This document shows positions 28,201-36,313 of a stretch of DNA of 58,194 nucleotides, piece after piece. A model generated the notes under the pieces. That model made no database searches. It was given only the letters and a program-made list of their open reading frames with translations, and was not told the DNA's origin. Location: IMG/VR virus record IMGVR_UViG_3300009466_000003, positions 1 to 58,194 of that record, one strand, 5' to 3'. Every line of letters starts with the position of its first letter. Position 1 is the stretch's first letter. Position numbers and translations under genes: made by a program. The stretch is from a virus. Lineage: Duplodnaviria > Caudoviricetes.

Positions 28201-30185
28201 AATACATCGCCAATGCCCGCGAATCCCGTCAGAAAGATCGTGTAGCCATGGCGGATCGCGTCGAAACCATCCTTAACAAAATCGATGGTGCTTCGGTTCA
28301 AGAGATCTTGAACAATATGAAGCGCGAATACCGCCCGAACTACGATTCACTCATGTGGTACAAGGATGTGCTGTTCCCTAAATACAAAGACTTCCTCAAA
28401 CAATTTGATGAGAACTTCAACGATCAGGCTAACAACTACGATAGCCCGAATTATCTTCCGATTGCCTTTACTTCGGCTGGCCCAGCCTTGGCTCTTACAA
28501 CAGAAGATGTGAGCATTGCCAACTCCATTTCTCTACAGCCCAAACAATCTGTCTACACTATCAAACGCCAAGATTACACCACACTTCCCAAAGACAGGGA
28601 TGGAAATCCTAAAGAAATTGAATTCAATCTTCGTCGCAACGCCTTCAACAGCTTGTCAGATCAGATCAATAAGGCTTACACCAACCCTTCTTGGCAGCAG
28701 ATCTTTGCGTTTATGAAGACTCCAGAATCTATTGAGTTCTTTGGAGACAAAGCTAACCGCGACTTCTTTGTGGATCGCCTCAATAGGTTGCGTGTTTCCA
28801 GAGCAAGGCGCGGATCTGTCAGTGGTGGGGGATTGGAAAAGGCACTTGATTCTTTAAGTATTATTTCCAGAAAACTTGGCACTGGCATTGCCCTTGGTGG
28901 CGCGTTCCAGTGGATCAAGCAGCCCCCAGACCAGCTTCTTACGGCTTTGGGTAGCGGTGGGCGAGGAGATCTTCTGGCTAAAAATATTGCGCCATCTACC
29001 CAGAAAGCGGCCAGAGAACTTCTGAATCTGTTTTCCATTGGACGCCGTGGAGATTCGTCTGCTGGTTACAAATACATCAACCAGATGGAAGGCCATCAAA
29101 GCCGCATGGAGCGTTACTTTAGTGAGAGCAAATGGGAGCAAGCCAAGGAACAGGGCGGGAAGATTGCCGATGTATGGATGGTGGCATTGAAGAAGTCCGA
29201 TTTCATTTCCGCTTCTGCTGCATGGATGACTTACTACGAAGGCGAACTAAACAAGAATGATATCAAGATTGATGACTGGGCCAAAGAAGCCGAGCTTGTC
29301 AAAACCGATCCCGTCAGGCGTCAAGCGGCGGCGTATGCCGAACAAATGACCGACATTTATCAGGGTTCAAGCGACCCGACATCCATGGCTACGTTTGCAC
29401 AAAGCGGTAAAACTGGTTGGGAAAACTTCGTCAAAGCTCTGTTGGTTCCATTCAACTCGTTCGCTGTCCAGCAACGTATGAGGCTTTACTCCGATGCCAG
29501 AGACGCACTCAACGGAACCAGTGGAGGCAAGGGTGGATTGGCTGGAACAATCGGCGGTCTCATCCTTTTTCATACCACGAAACGATTTGTCCTTCCTGTT
29601 ATTTCTGGCGGCACTGCCGCAGTCCTTTACGGAATGCTTGGCGTTGACATGGAAGAACCCGATGAAGAGAAGCAGAAAGAAATGGCTGATAGGAACTGGC
29701 GTCAGTTCTTGGCAGACATCACTGGTAACTTGCTGGTCGGCGGAACCCCGCAAATCGTTGAAAACAGGGTGATCGAATCTTTCAACTACGCTTCTTACAT
29801 GGTTGGTGTGCAGCTTGAGAGCGAAACGGTGATGGATGAAAACGGCGAGATCATGTCCTTTGACAAGTATTCCAAAGAGCGTTCTCCATTCTATCGCTAC
29901 AAGTCTTACGACAATGCCATGAGTCTTGGCATGTTTGAGATTGGATTTGATCAAGCCAAAGAGGCGGCGCTTCAAACCAAGATGCTCATGGATCGTGAAG
30001 AGATGGAGATGTATACGCCCGAAGAGCAGCGTCTCCTCTACTTCTCTGCACTTTCGGAGTGGCTGTATCTTATGCGCCTCAATGACACGGACTTCGCCCG
30101 TATCGTGAAGAAGGCCCGCCGCGACATGATCAAAGCAGCCGAAGAGCGCGAGAAAGAACTAGCCCGCATCCGCGCTGGACGCTAG
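19242..30185 (+). CDS. 3647-aa large polyvalent (ejected) protein with ART-like and zincin domains
   Basis: Gly/Ala hydrophobic N-terminus; ART-like H...GRGFY domain; HEIIH...EFLSEA metallopeptidase; ART-PolyVal-like AYR...WFTDD...YDGI...IKSAD domain; helical C-terminus. Confidence 0.75.
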   Translation: MPIEYLDDIEEDITEAADTTPVEQPPVAGVSEPVAPEPSGEFGGRIEYIEEEPLEIEPPRDNSWDTLRGFEVSMRQVPQLAYGVAGLVGETAEQLTGYGESLRDWGFRGYQDWAESMEPISKETDDVTVAWQKAKEGDIGALVDWAQYGIGYALGQLGETAAIAVLGGIAGGAAGAAGGPTAVPAAAGGAVVAAAGKTGFKALAKNLVEKAISAQAKNIVKKQAAKEGIELTGEQLAKRAQQEAIKRQAGREIGSNAAVFANAIGMQLGAIYGSAEEKAREEGRELTGLDLARIWGSGIATGGLEGVVDKFGLDLLKGKFAEALPAGRLAGAAVAGPIGLVGEAATEAVQTVGERFGAGRELLSDEAINEYINASALGGIGGGVIGGAGGFISGNPKENAAAKAKVSSEANKDIAPATAETVARQADAVIAETVQETPEQRVARLQEESAAAAGIELEEEGEGGVEPTVPVTPPVAPTPEGAVAPVEPVVTPEVAEPQPAAEVAPTSISESEQIKNIKDKGVTAIHFSRTPMQLEKGVDISKIKGAYPEESVFGRGFYAMEPADESSWRSASRFQLGDYRNEVKLSPKNPIIISPDTVKKYGYDEIKNRVDQGGYDAIIVSGWNPEYDAGIEKRLNELWSPVFPEGRTSGQFLNTKEYDAAISRATEEITGLSRKDYEAISKSGWDQNQVFIPPDIASDIVSKPEVTPPAEVAPEVTPNLEPLRRVARAEQAPEDIPSLVEAGLVEVYKDQPVITEAGIAQLPEAERPRLTPEARKIQIDTGANEVVAEAISKNLRIGVDQVGANVRMPAGWTLVEDIYVPPAKQEVAKAGQPEQAVTPPTLKTKYTDNNLENVSFPRTSGQPNQARQALEVISKGSSPYAQLAQEILNAASTNPEISFAISNSKFTRSTPAQDRGRFKNRSFYEAAYRTIAMNPNQAGDTRIAVHEIIHAIIAHKLPNQISSSKLKGKKYKNVLDKAIADKSLPKPLRDIIRGYILTVEKMGAAETLWGTGPDAGTTSQTLNVSVKYLGAPIGAQTKAQREGGRSYRIQKKSNVQKLLRYLKENGITEVDVRQGSYGIRSRGGQPYYDVIIANSDLEKIAVNKKQQGKHPSYYGNKGYDPTNNALTWNIKNKKFPLANDPDAVVEYGFEYGLGNIDEFLSEALSNPEFQKVLNEIEMEQGKTIWQTIVDAIARILGIEVKAGSVLDVISRSAFELATEGDLLLAGGRTPSPAPEVRESRREPAPLTQQDREYLDAVERGDLDAASRVVDAAAQAAGNVTTAYRSNTQTTTVFDTKNRAAWFTDDLTDAQDYASITDVDPETVSKYYLNTDNFASLDDPQIARQIRDIVPNMNDLMAVSDAMPQIRQRLGERYDGIKVTSFSMGYETTHYNPFKPERIKSADAVTRDDQGNIIPPSQRFQPTEEDIRYSRREPVLLKNRFYSQLERTVAAKMPNVSSPEQLKAIIDPSRGSGVKPEEIKWSGITEAIDRIAAENNGRVPKEAIIKYMQDEGNVRFEEVTLARKKVPYTGGEIKRMPNGTYKLSFFGYDSMYTKLEDAESDLQKMREGASRTEDETTYSQYQLPNGENYREVILTTASGGSYQDPQRLRDLSRERRGIQESGRMLTREESNRITEIDKEVRTLEDRIEQAKSKYKSPHFANIPNYVAHMRLNDRKDAEGKDGTFIEEIQSDLHQKAREVGYKDEGIVQQNFVSWLAANKKELSEQEIQTQFKTRIGEEIQQWTKDQEIAAKNASAVPDAPFRKDWSLQMFKRALEEAVASGKDWIGWTTGDTQAARYDLSKQAKAVIYNKNRDGSFTITVRDLNDVNSKIGDYSAEKLPDVVGKELAEKIVNDPNPNGIFAGNDLKIGGEGMKGFYDNILPKEIAKYVKKWGATVEKSEISAGVGINAWVFLDDDGVFRVKDRKDGKDPQAKTLGEFDNQTDAEEFARMYKGENVPIWRVSITPEMRRIIEEEGQALFSLQMPSRIAGMEPEAVTTKLESLGFGRGGIVSVVNEPDASFEGRTIIRDGKVVGIELNAAALRDDAAVERVLNHEIAESANADGALNRLVAGLTPKERKEINDAITRLGYAERARTAEEAARAVELLAEGWRGRRWFERAVARIEAWANKLGYKLTRRAAEYIAARNMAEVNDSFKQAYNKFINVQGEAREARVGEQAVVDADMGRRSQTELTPQEIEQLESGEKIRVYRAMQVIDGKLYPPMSALVGGKLRKPTEIGTWEKAEERPDLLDKRGKFILQKGNKATVPAAYNPYFHTSTSPLNDQFSSAYKRDNLVTVEVEVPASELTSGYKADGAKDAVGEVRWNAGPVSSKLPADKKRKVILSRYAKVVRIVPDSEVAGIIANLLEGTNLSIPENTVTPSLKAELEKQGISVTPRPVRGEEIRESRREDAIPTFSEGSPEASTLSTMASSMAKVDAASEAKPNPENKPTYKISEIASVWMDQGGDARQLQDMVVEYTNLTPANAKKVANAIAKQYDIQQSIATAFLETPAGISVEALPEGVTLPKEVDPDRPRPVMQRLFDVFMGVRVKPVKITGDEKALLKSQIRLKAAANRAAKQEQQRTADEVVEIIKSMELRGPVRPKQAQALAKRAAKVIWTSEKSMETFVEYAAKVVENANYDADLREAKAAQKRAKELSKQKKVAMSPQRLILQQIGNVAVNKLDDPRMFAEMINYYLRGFKDVRSPDYVVVPDEEITGYISQLENESVTDQAEVERETNERLARKYDLDPNTIPELMSLINIIEEIEGRENREALESILTDKAIETQDGLRGYDTTALTNTQKKLVESMLNVDLKSINTQERQMFIRIANNMIYNNQTNGAEYFVATAKGQENARKAARDSKLIQRNQAWIPLIPSFGSLKLQETLRNFSLELQSVADTFRNVFGKDFMAKAYEMMGMLDLNEGFTKANNTIDEIQDLMAEFHQGNKKKYGDAARNQDGILSEGVAGFLIQEFPFKDEATSIQQRRNLINEYIANARESRQKDRVAMADRVETILNKIDGASVQEILNNMKREYRPNYDSLMWYKDVLFPKYKDFLKQFDENFNDQANNYDSPNYLPIAFTSAGPALALTTEDVSIANSISLQPKQSVYTIKRQDYTTLPKDRDGNPKEIEFNLRRNAFNSLSDQINKAYTNPSWQQIFAFMKTPESIEFFGDKANRDFFVDRLNRLRVSRARRGSVSGGGLEKALDSLSIISRKLGTGIALGGAFQWIKQPPDQLLTALGSGGRGDLLAKNIAPSTQKAARELLNLFSIGRRGDSSAGYKYINQMEGHQSRMERYFSESKWEQAKEQGGKIADVWMVALKKSDFISASAAWMTYYEGELNKNDIKIDDWAKEAELVKTDPVRRQAAAYAEQMTDIYQGSSDPTSMATFAQSGKTGWENFVKALLVPFNSFAVQQRMRLYSDARDALNGTSGGKGGLAGTIGGLILFHTTKRFVLPVISGGTAAVLYGMLGVDMEEPDEEKQKEMADRNWRQFLADITGNLLVGGTPQIVENRVIESFNYASYMVGVQLESETVMDENGEIMSFDKYSKERSPFYRYKSYDNAMSLGMFEIGFDQAKEAALQTKMLMDREEMEMYTPEEQRLLYFSALSEWLYLMRLNDTDFARIVKKARRDMIKAAEEREKELARIRAGR

Positions 30186-30826
30186 ATCAGTCCCCGCTTT
30201 TTAGCCTCGTCCAATTCTTCCTGATTCCATTGCTGGGCATACCAGACTTCAGCATCCCAAGGTAGCGGTCTCATGCGGTCAACCCCGAAAGAAAGTCTCA
30301 CATAGTTGTCTGGACTATTCTCTTCCAGCTTTACAAACTTATCCTCTGGTAGCATGTCCTTGTCATGGGGAAGGAACAGGTAGCCCCGCAAGAAATCCAG
30401 AATAAAACTATGGCGAATCAGGAAGGTCGATTGGGCGCAAGCCATCCAAGGAGCGCCATCCATCTTGGCCCCGAATACCATGCCTTTGTCTCCTAGATCT
30501 TGATACATGCGTTCAGGAATAGGCCCGAACCACAAACAGTCTGCTTCTTTGTAGATGAAGTCTTTGCCGCAATTGTAGGCAATCATGGCCAAGGCGCAGA
30601 TAGAAGCCGACCATCCGCACAGTCCTTCGCGCCCTTCCTTTATTAAGTCTCCTACATGCCCGACATTATGGTTGCAGATAATTTGGTTGGATGTCGGCAC
30701 ACCTCTGTCTGTTGAGATGATGTGGTAATCATGGGTATATTTTTCGGTGTTGTCCCGCCAGATATCAAAGAAAGACCGATCCCAATCAGATCGGTAGTGG
30801 TAGCCCGAACCTACAACGTAATTCAT
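30182..30826 (-). CDS. Glycosyltransferase-like protein
   Basis: DFIYKEADCL (ExD variant of DxD); ATGA-coupled start at 30826. Confidence 0.55.
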   Translation of the reverse strand: MNYVVGSGYHYRSDWDRSFFDIWRDNTEKYTHDYHIISTDRGVPTSNQIICNHNVGHVGDLIKEGREGLCGWSASICALAMIAYNCGKDFIYKEADCLWFGPIPERMYQDLGDKGMVFGAKMDGAPWMACAQSTFLIRHSFILDFLRGYLFLPHDKDMLPEDKFVKLEENSPDNYVRLSFGVDRMRPLPWDAEVWYAQQWNQEELDEAKKRGLI

Positions 30827-31383
30827 TTTTTGCGGTAGATGGATAGGGTGGGCTTGACCCAACGTGCCGTAGCAACAGACCTCAAATCCCGCGAGAAATC
30901 CTCCATCCATTGATAACCCCAGAATTCAAAGATGTCATTCCAGTAGGATTGCGGCTGGCAATTGACATGGTGGTGACCCCCATCGCTCCATTGAGGCTCC
31001 GAGTAGGTCATGGCAACAATCTTGGCTGAGTTAAACGTGGTCATGTAGTTGTTTACATATCGGGCTTCAACGTGTTCGACAAACTCGCAAGACCAAGCCA
31101 TGTCAAATTCTGATTCAACTTTGTATGGCCCTTTGGTGTAATCGTGGAGGATGATACGGTCTTTGACAGGGCTTTTGTCTAGTGCTTTAACCGAACCTTC
31201 AATCCCGATGGCATCCACTCCATTGTCCACAAACCATTTGACTGAGTGTCCCTCACCGCACCCGATGTCGATCAGGTTCTTAGGTTGGAAGGTGTCGATT
31301 AACTTCTGCCATATGACTGGGTCATAGGTATCGGGGTCGCCCCCCTGAACAAATCCTCCGAGATGGCCGTCTTGAATAAGCAT
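30823..31383 (-). CDS. Class I SAM-dependent methyltransferase
   Basis: LIDIGCGEG, GIEGS, FDMAWSCEFVEH, GGHHHVN. Confidence 0.85.
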   Translation of the reverse strand: MLIQDGHLGGFVQGGDPDTYDPVIWQKLIDTFQPKNLIDIGCGEGHSVKWFVDNGVDAIGIEGSVKALDKSPVKDRIILHDYTKGPYKVESEFDMAWSCEFVEHVEARYVNNYMTTFNSAKIVAMTYSEPQWSDGGHHHVNCQPQSYWNDIFEFWGYQWMEDFSRDLRSVATARWVKPTLSIYRKK

Positions 31384-31893
31384 CTACTTCACTGCCTCCA
31401 TAATAATGGTTTCGATTTTGTTGTTGTGGTCTCCAATGACTTTGCCATGACCCTCCAGTTCGCTGAAGTCGCAGCCATAGATCTTATCAGGGTCAAACCC
31501 CGCAGCAAAGAGACAAGCCTCAAGGATGGAATGATTCCAAGCTGATAGATGGCCATGGTCTAGAAGGATGGAGCGAACCGCACCGAGCTTTGATCCATCC
31601 CCGAATCCAGATTGTCCATGCCACTTGAGGTAGGCCCCATCTGCCAAATCATAGATCTTGTCGGCACTTGGAACAGCCACGCGCAAGGTTCCTTCTGGTT
31701 TTAGAACGCGCAAAGCTTCTACAAAAAACCGCACCGCATCAGGTGTGGTGGTGTGTTCTACGCAGTGTTCTATGAAAATAAAATCAATCGAATTATCTTC
31801 GTATGGTAATGGCTTGGTGATGTCCACATCCATATCGTGGTTTTCCCAGCCAGCTAAAATGTTCCCCCCACAGCCTAAGTTTAGTTTTCTCAT
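31384..31893 (-). CDS. Class I SAM-dependent methyltransferase (Methyltransf_11-like)
   Basis: KLNLGCG, LPYEDNSIDFIFIEHCVEH, RVLKPEGTLRVAVP. Confidence 0.85.
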   Translation of the reverse strand: MRKLNLGCGGNILAGWENHDMDVDITKPLPYEDNSIDFIFIEHCVEHTTTPDAVRFFVEALRVLKPEGTLRVAVPSADKIYDLADGAYLKWHGQSGFGDGSKLGAVRSILLDHGHLSAWNHSILEACLFAAGFDPDKIYGCDFSELEGHGKVIGDHNNKIETIIMEAVK

Positions 31894-32420
31894 TTTTGAA
31901 ATGCGACTGCACCATTAGCTGCATCAGTAATCCAAATTGACTGAGATGGCTTGTAATCAGCCTCAAACTTCTTGGTCATGTCCATCAGGTAGGTGTGGGC
32001 TTTGTGGGTAATATCATCAAAGACGATCCATCCCCCAGAATTAACCATCTTCCATCCATCAATTAGATCTTGTTCTCCACCCTTATATGAATGGTCTCCG
32101 TCTATGGTGACCAAATCAAACGATGCCCCCTCTTGAATGAGTTGCGGAAGAATTTGATGCGAGTCGCCATCGATAAATCTGGTTTGTCCTTTGTATCCAA
32201 GGCGATTGAGAAGATCAATGATGTGGTTGTGGTTGCCGCGCCCTGTGCCTCCATAGGCATATCCCCACATATCGACAAGAGTCAGGCTTTCGATAGTAGG
32301 ACACTCATTGATCACTACTTCCAAGCTTGTTCCTTCATTAACCCCGACTTCCAAATAAGATTTAGATCCTTGGCACACACGGGATAGCGCCTCCCTGATT
32401 GCATAAAAGTGTTTGTTCAT
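31890..32420 (-). CDS. Class I SAM-dependent methyltransferase (Methyltransf_24-like)
   Basis: YLEVGVNEGTS, GDSH, FDLVTIDGDHSY, GGWIVFDD. Confidence 0.85.
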   Translation of the reverse strand: MNKHFYAIREALSRVCQGSKSYLEVGVNEGTSLEVVINECPTIESLTLVDMWGYAYGGTGRGNHNHIIDLLNRLGYKGQTRFIDGDSHQILPQLIQEGASFDLVTIDGDHSYKGGEQDLIDGWKMVNSGGWIVFDDITHKAHTYLMDMTKKFEADYKPSQSIWITDAANGAVAFQK

Positions 32421-33739
32421 GTTAATAGCATTTTGAATATTCTTTCATTCCATTTTGAAGCTGGTTGTTCCATTGATCCCGTCCAGCTTGATTGATGGTC
32501 TGAATGGTAGAGGATTTTTTCATTCGGGATTTCGGCAGGATAGCGGTCTTCGATCAGGTTGTCTAGTGTGGAAACCCAGCCGAATTGCCGCCTAATCCAC
32601 GCAGCTACAGCAAGATCAAACCAAGGCGAGGCCACGGCGCAATCTGGGAAATTGTAGATGCGGTCTGCCAGCCAGTCCCAACGGAAGGCAAATAGTTCTC
32701 GTCCTATATGGGCGGGATCACGCCGAACCCCGACAGCCCCGAACTTTCGGCAATGCTCTACTACTTTGTGAAGGTTGATGATCTGCACATCATCATTTGT
32801 CCAGACGATGATATCCCGACCCCTTGTAAACTTCAGAGCCTTGGCCAACATCTCCTTGAGCATTGGTAGAGGACGCCGATCCCCGATAGACTGAGCCGTC
32901 CGAAGGATATTCTCTGCTGTAAGCATGTGGTCGAAGTGGGCTTTTTGGCTCTTAAATGCCTCTCTATGGCGTTTTTCCTGCCCGAATCGGTCCACAATCG
33001 CCCATACTTCGCCTGTTGGTAGTAGGGTTTTCTCAACCTCGTCACAGATCTGGTCTATCTGGAACTGTGAATATCGGAAGGTGGCGGTAGCGGTTACGGG
33101 TGGAGGACTGGCCCTCCAACCATTCATATGATCGTTTACCAAAGCTACTGTCGGACACTTGGCGGCATTAGCCAGCCATAGGTGGAGGGTATCGATAGTG
33201 ACTAGACAGGACGCCGCATCCAGAACCCCCAATAAATCAAATGGCTTTTCTGCTTGGATCTTGGATAGGTCTACAATTTCGTGTTCGGGAAATCTGGATT
33301 GCAATCCACTTATCAATTGTTTGCTATTCGCGAATGGCGAAGACACTCCATGAGGAGCCACGGCAATAAACGGAGATTCTGGGATTAGCTTTTGTTCCCG
33401 TTCGGGATTGCGCCGATCAAACACATAGGGATGCTTCCTCCAAAGATCCCGAAATTTTCCCAAGCGGTAACTTTCCAAAGCATAGTTGGATTCCTGCTTG
33501 GTTTCCTTGGGATGCATGAAGACTTGGGCAACCCGAAGATCTGGCAATCCTTGGCAAAGATTGATGGCATGGTGGAGTTCAACGGGATCTCCGCTGTAGT
33601 TGCGAGTCTGACAATAGCTAGTTCCCTCAAATATATCGGCATACTTCGCCGCAGTGACGAAGGTGGTTCCCTTGTTGGCGTAAGCCACGGGTAAAAGATT
33701 GATATGATCTCCAAGCCTTCCAAGATTTAGGATAGTCAT
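32417..33739 (-). CDS. GT9 (heptosyltransferase-like) glycosyltransferase fused to a GT-A-like domain
   Basis: LGRLGDHINLLP, VTIDTLHLWLANA, C-terminal IVWTNDD. Confidence 0.7.
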   Translation of the reverse strand: MTILNLGRLGDHINLLPVAYANKGTTFVTAAKYADIFEGTSYCQTRNYSGDPVELHHAINLCQGLPDLRVAQVFMHPKETKQESNYALESYRLGKFRDLWRKHPYVFDRRNPEREQKLIPESPFIAVAPHGVSSPFANSKQLISGLQSRFPEHEIVDLSKIQAEKPFDLLGVLDAASCLVTIDTLHLWLANAAKCPTVALVNDHMNGWRASPPPVTATATFRYSQFQIDQICDEVEKTLLPTGEVWAIVDRFGQEKRHREAFKSQKAHFDHMLTAENILRTAQSIGDRRPLPMLKEMLAKALKFTRGRDIIVWTNDDVQIINLHKVVEHCRKFGAVGVRRDPAHIGRELFAFRWDWLADRIYNFPDCAVASPWFDLAVAAWIRRQFGWVSTLDNLIEDRYPAEIPNEKILYHSDHQSSWTGSMEQPASKWNERIFKMLLT

Positions 33740-34140
33740 TTGATAAATGAAATAACTTTGTTGACCCAGACCTCTGCGTCTTCCATAAGATCATGGTAGT
33801 AGACAATCATCCTGTTGGGGACAGGCGAGATAATCCATTTAGAAACAAACTCTCCGTAGAAACATCGTTTATTCGGCCAAGTAGGGGCTATCTGCTCCCA
33901 GCTTTTAATGCAATCATCAATCACTCTGCATTGCACGATGTGGAGGTATTCGGGATTCTTTGGTAAGTCCAATTCAAAGTCGTGGGTCTTTTGAGCGGTA
34001 ATTTCTGGGGAATTCTCCAAGGTCTTCCCGTTGCTGTGGTATTCACTGTAAACAAATTCATCCCCAAGTCTTTCTTGGAGCATGGACACTAGCCAATGGT
34101 GGCCCGATCTTGGAAAGGTGACAAATCTGGTTCGCTTCAC
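33736..34140 (-). CDS. Sulfotransferase-like protein
   Basis: FVTFPRSGHHWL PAPS-binding loop, KTHD, VYYHDLMED. Confidence 0.75.
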   Translation of the reverse strand: MKRTRFVTFPRSGHHWLVSMLQERLGDEFVYSEYHSNGKTLENSPEITAQKTHDFELDLPKNPEYLHIVQCRVIDDCIKSWEQIAPTWPNKRCFYGEFVSKWIISPVPNRMIVYYHDLMEDAEVWVNKVISFIK

Positions 34141-35717
34141 AGAGACTTGAGCGTATCCAATAACGGCATCAAGTCAACCATGGAGGTGCGGCGTTTGATC
34201 TCCGCTTCCAGCATGGACTTGTATATACTGCGTATATCCAGATCGGCTATATCTTGGTGGGATATCCCACTGATTGCCGCTTCCGCATTGTTATCCAGTT
34301 GAGAAATAACCTTGGCTATGGAGGCGGGGTTTCCTGCCTCGTAATCTGCTGCCATGATGGTAGAAATGTCATCGTCCGCCAACAAATCCCAGTTGTAGGC
34401 GTTCGCTGGCTCCTTGCCGCAAAGTAGAAGATGGGCTACCAACTGCTTCCAAGACTCTCCTTTCTGCTCCCCGTAGCGGGTTTCGGTAGGTAAAGCCCGA
34501 TGGCCCCCTCCCATGGCAGCTTGTTTCTTTAGCTGAGAAGACTTGATACCAAGCAGCTTCGCACACCGATTAGCCAATTCGTCCCGCTCAATGCCGTCTT
34601 CCAAGACCGACAAGGCTTGCCCGACCTTGCCCATGGCAATCTGTTTATCCTCAATTGATTTTTTATCCAGTGATTCAGCCAGTGCTTCGGGATAGAGCTT
34701 TGCTTCTGAGATAAGACTCGCAAGATCCCCGCCCGAAACCAAGAAGGAATCAGGATCTCCCTCTGGCAGCATGACAGCCCTGACCCTCACCCCAAGGCTT
34801 GCCAGCCCCGCAAAAGCTTTAAATGACGCCTCCTTGCCCGCTTTGTCCCCGTCGAATACCAAGACCGCCTCGCCGCATAAACGCCTCACTGTGGCCCCGT
34901 GGGAAGCGGTAAACCCTGTCCCCAAAGGTGCAATAGCGTTGGTAATCCCCGACAAATGGCATCTGATTGTATCAATCTGACCCTCGACAATGACCGCTTG
35001 CCCCGAATCAATGATGGATCGTTTGGCTTTATCCAGCCCGTAGAGCAGCTTGCCCTTGTGGAATATGGGAGACTCTGGACTATTGAGATATTTAGCAGGG
35101 TGGTTGTCGGTGGTGCGTCCGCTGAATCCAACCAGTGTTCCCGACTCATCCGCTATCCCAAACATGATACGGTTGGTAAAACGTAGGGTTCCGTTGTCGT
35201 AGGTCAAACCCGACAGGGTATGATGGGAGGCACTACCAGACAAAGCGTAGCTTTTGGGCGCATATCCGATCTTCCAATCCTCGCAGATCTCCCGATTGAA
35301 TCCACGTTCCTTGAGGATCTTTCGGGCTTCCGACCCCTCCTTGCTTAAAAGCAAACTGAAAAATTGTTGGTGGGCTTTGTAGACTACCGATACCAAGCCC
35401 CTTCGTATCTTGTCGGCCTCACTTTCCTGTTCCTCTATGGCTATCCCCGCCTTGGCCCCAAGCTTGCGGACAGCCTCTGGAAAGTTGATCTTGTCCATCT
35501 CCATGACGAAGCGGAAGACCGACCCTCCTGCCCCGCAACCAAAGCAGTGGTAGCTCCCCTTGTCATCATTGATAAAAAAAGAAGGAGTCCTCTCCCGATG
35601 GAAAGGACAAAGCGCAACGAATCGTCCGCCCCTCCTTTTCACAGGAAAGTAATCTCCTGCTACTTCAGAGAGACGGACGTTCGCCGCTATCGAAGCAATG
35701 GTGGAGTCAGAGATCAA
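34137..35717 (-). CDS. dnaG: DNA primase, DnaG type
   Basis: CPFH...CFGC zinc finger, KYLNSPE, TOPRIM VIVEGQID and FDGDKAG. Confidence 0.95.
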   Translation of the reverse strand: MISDSTIASIAANVRLSEVAGDYFPVKRRGGRFVALCPFHRERTPSFFINDDKGSYHCFGCGAGGSVFRFVMEMDKINFPEAVRKLGAKAGIAIEEQESEADKIRRGLVSVVYKAHQQFFSLLLSKEGSEARKILKERGFNREICEDWKIGYAPKSYALSGSASHHTLSGLTYDNGTLRFTNRIMFGIADESGTLVGFSGRTTDNHPAKYLNSPESPIFHKGKLLYGLDKAKRSIIDSGQAVIVEGQIDTIRCHLSGITNAIAPLGTGFTASHGATVRRLCGEAVLVFDGDKAGKEASFKAFAGLASLGVRVRAVMLPEGDPDSFLVSGGDLASLISEAKLYPEALAESLDKKSIEDKQIAMGKVGQALSVLEDGIERDELANRCAKLLGIKSSQLKKQAAMGGGHRALPTETRYGEQKGESWKQLVAHLLLCGKEPANAYNWDLLADDDISTIMAADYEAGNPASIAKVISQLDNNAEAAISGISHQDIADLDIRSIYKSMLEAEIKRRTSMVDLMPLLDTLKSL

Positions 35718-35875
35718 AAACTAAGCGGATTAGGATTTGATGGCATGGACTCCACGCGAGGCAAGACATAGACCTTGTCCTGCTGCTTTGGTTTGCGCGG
35801 TGCTTCGATGGCAGTCACCACAAACAAAAACGAAGTGACTAAGACTATCAGTGCGAGGAATGCGTAGGGTTTCAT
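35714..35875 (-). CDS. 53-aa membrane/secreted peptide (MKPYAFLALIVLVTSFLFVV...)
   Basis: N-terminal TM; stop overlaps the primase start (TTGA). Confidence 0.5.
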   Translation of the reverse strand: MKPYAFLALIVLVTSFLFVVTAIEAPRKPKQQDKVYVLPRVESMPSNPNPLSF

Positions 35876-36057
35876 TTATTTTTCCTTACAAGTTTGTAGT
35901 ATGCTTTTTGATAATCTGAATTTGTATAATTTGCATTTTTTAATCCGTATTTTTTAGCAATTTTTATTTTTCTTTTCCATTGTTTCCTAGCTTTTGAATA
36001 CTCTGGGTTTAAAACCCCAAATCCAAGCCAGACTGGTGGCAATGACAACGCTTTCAT
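35872..36057 (-). CDS. Small basic protein
   Basis: ATGA-coupled, AT-rich. Confidence 0.5.
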   Translation of the reverse strand: MKALSLPPVWLGFGVLNPEYSKARKQWKRKIKIAKKYGLKNANYTNSDYQKAYYKLVRKNK

Positions 36058-36221
36058 TTCTTTTTTAGTAGTTCGACTATTTGGTAGAACATGGTCGCCG
36101 CGAACAAGACAACCACGATAAATAAAACAATCGTATTAACGATAGTTCCACGGACTTCCCGCGACTTCGCGAATAGCCAGAGGATCGCCGCCGACAACAG
36201 GATAAAACAGATCAGTTCCAT
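36054..36221 (-). CDS. 55-aa two-TM peptide (MELICFILLSAAILWLF...)
   Basis: Two hydrophobic stretches; coupled to neighbours. Confidence 0.5.
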   Translation of the reverse strand: MELICFILLSAAILWLFAKSREVRGTIVNTIVLFIVVVLFAATMFYQIVELLKKK

Positions 36222-36313
36222 TATTTCCGATACTTTCTGATTTGATCGATGTTGTAGAAGATCACATATCCGAAGACGAATATGAACAGCAGGATAAAGA
36301 GTGCGTCGATCAT
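36221..36313 (-). CDS. 30-aa TM peptide (MIDALFILLFIFVFGYVIFYNIDQIRKYRK)
   Basis: Coupled start and stop; TM plus basic tail. Confidence 0.45.
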   Translation of the reverse strand: MIDALFILLFIFVFGYVIFYNIDQIRKYRK

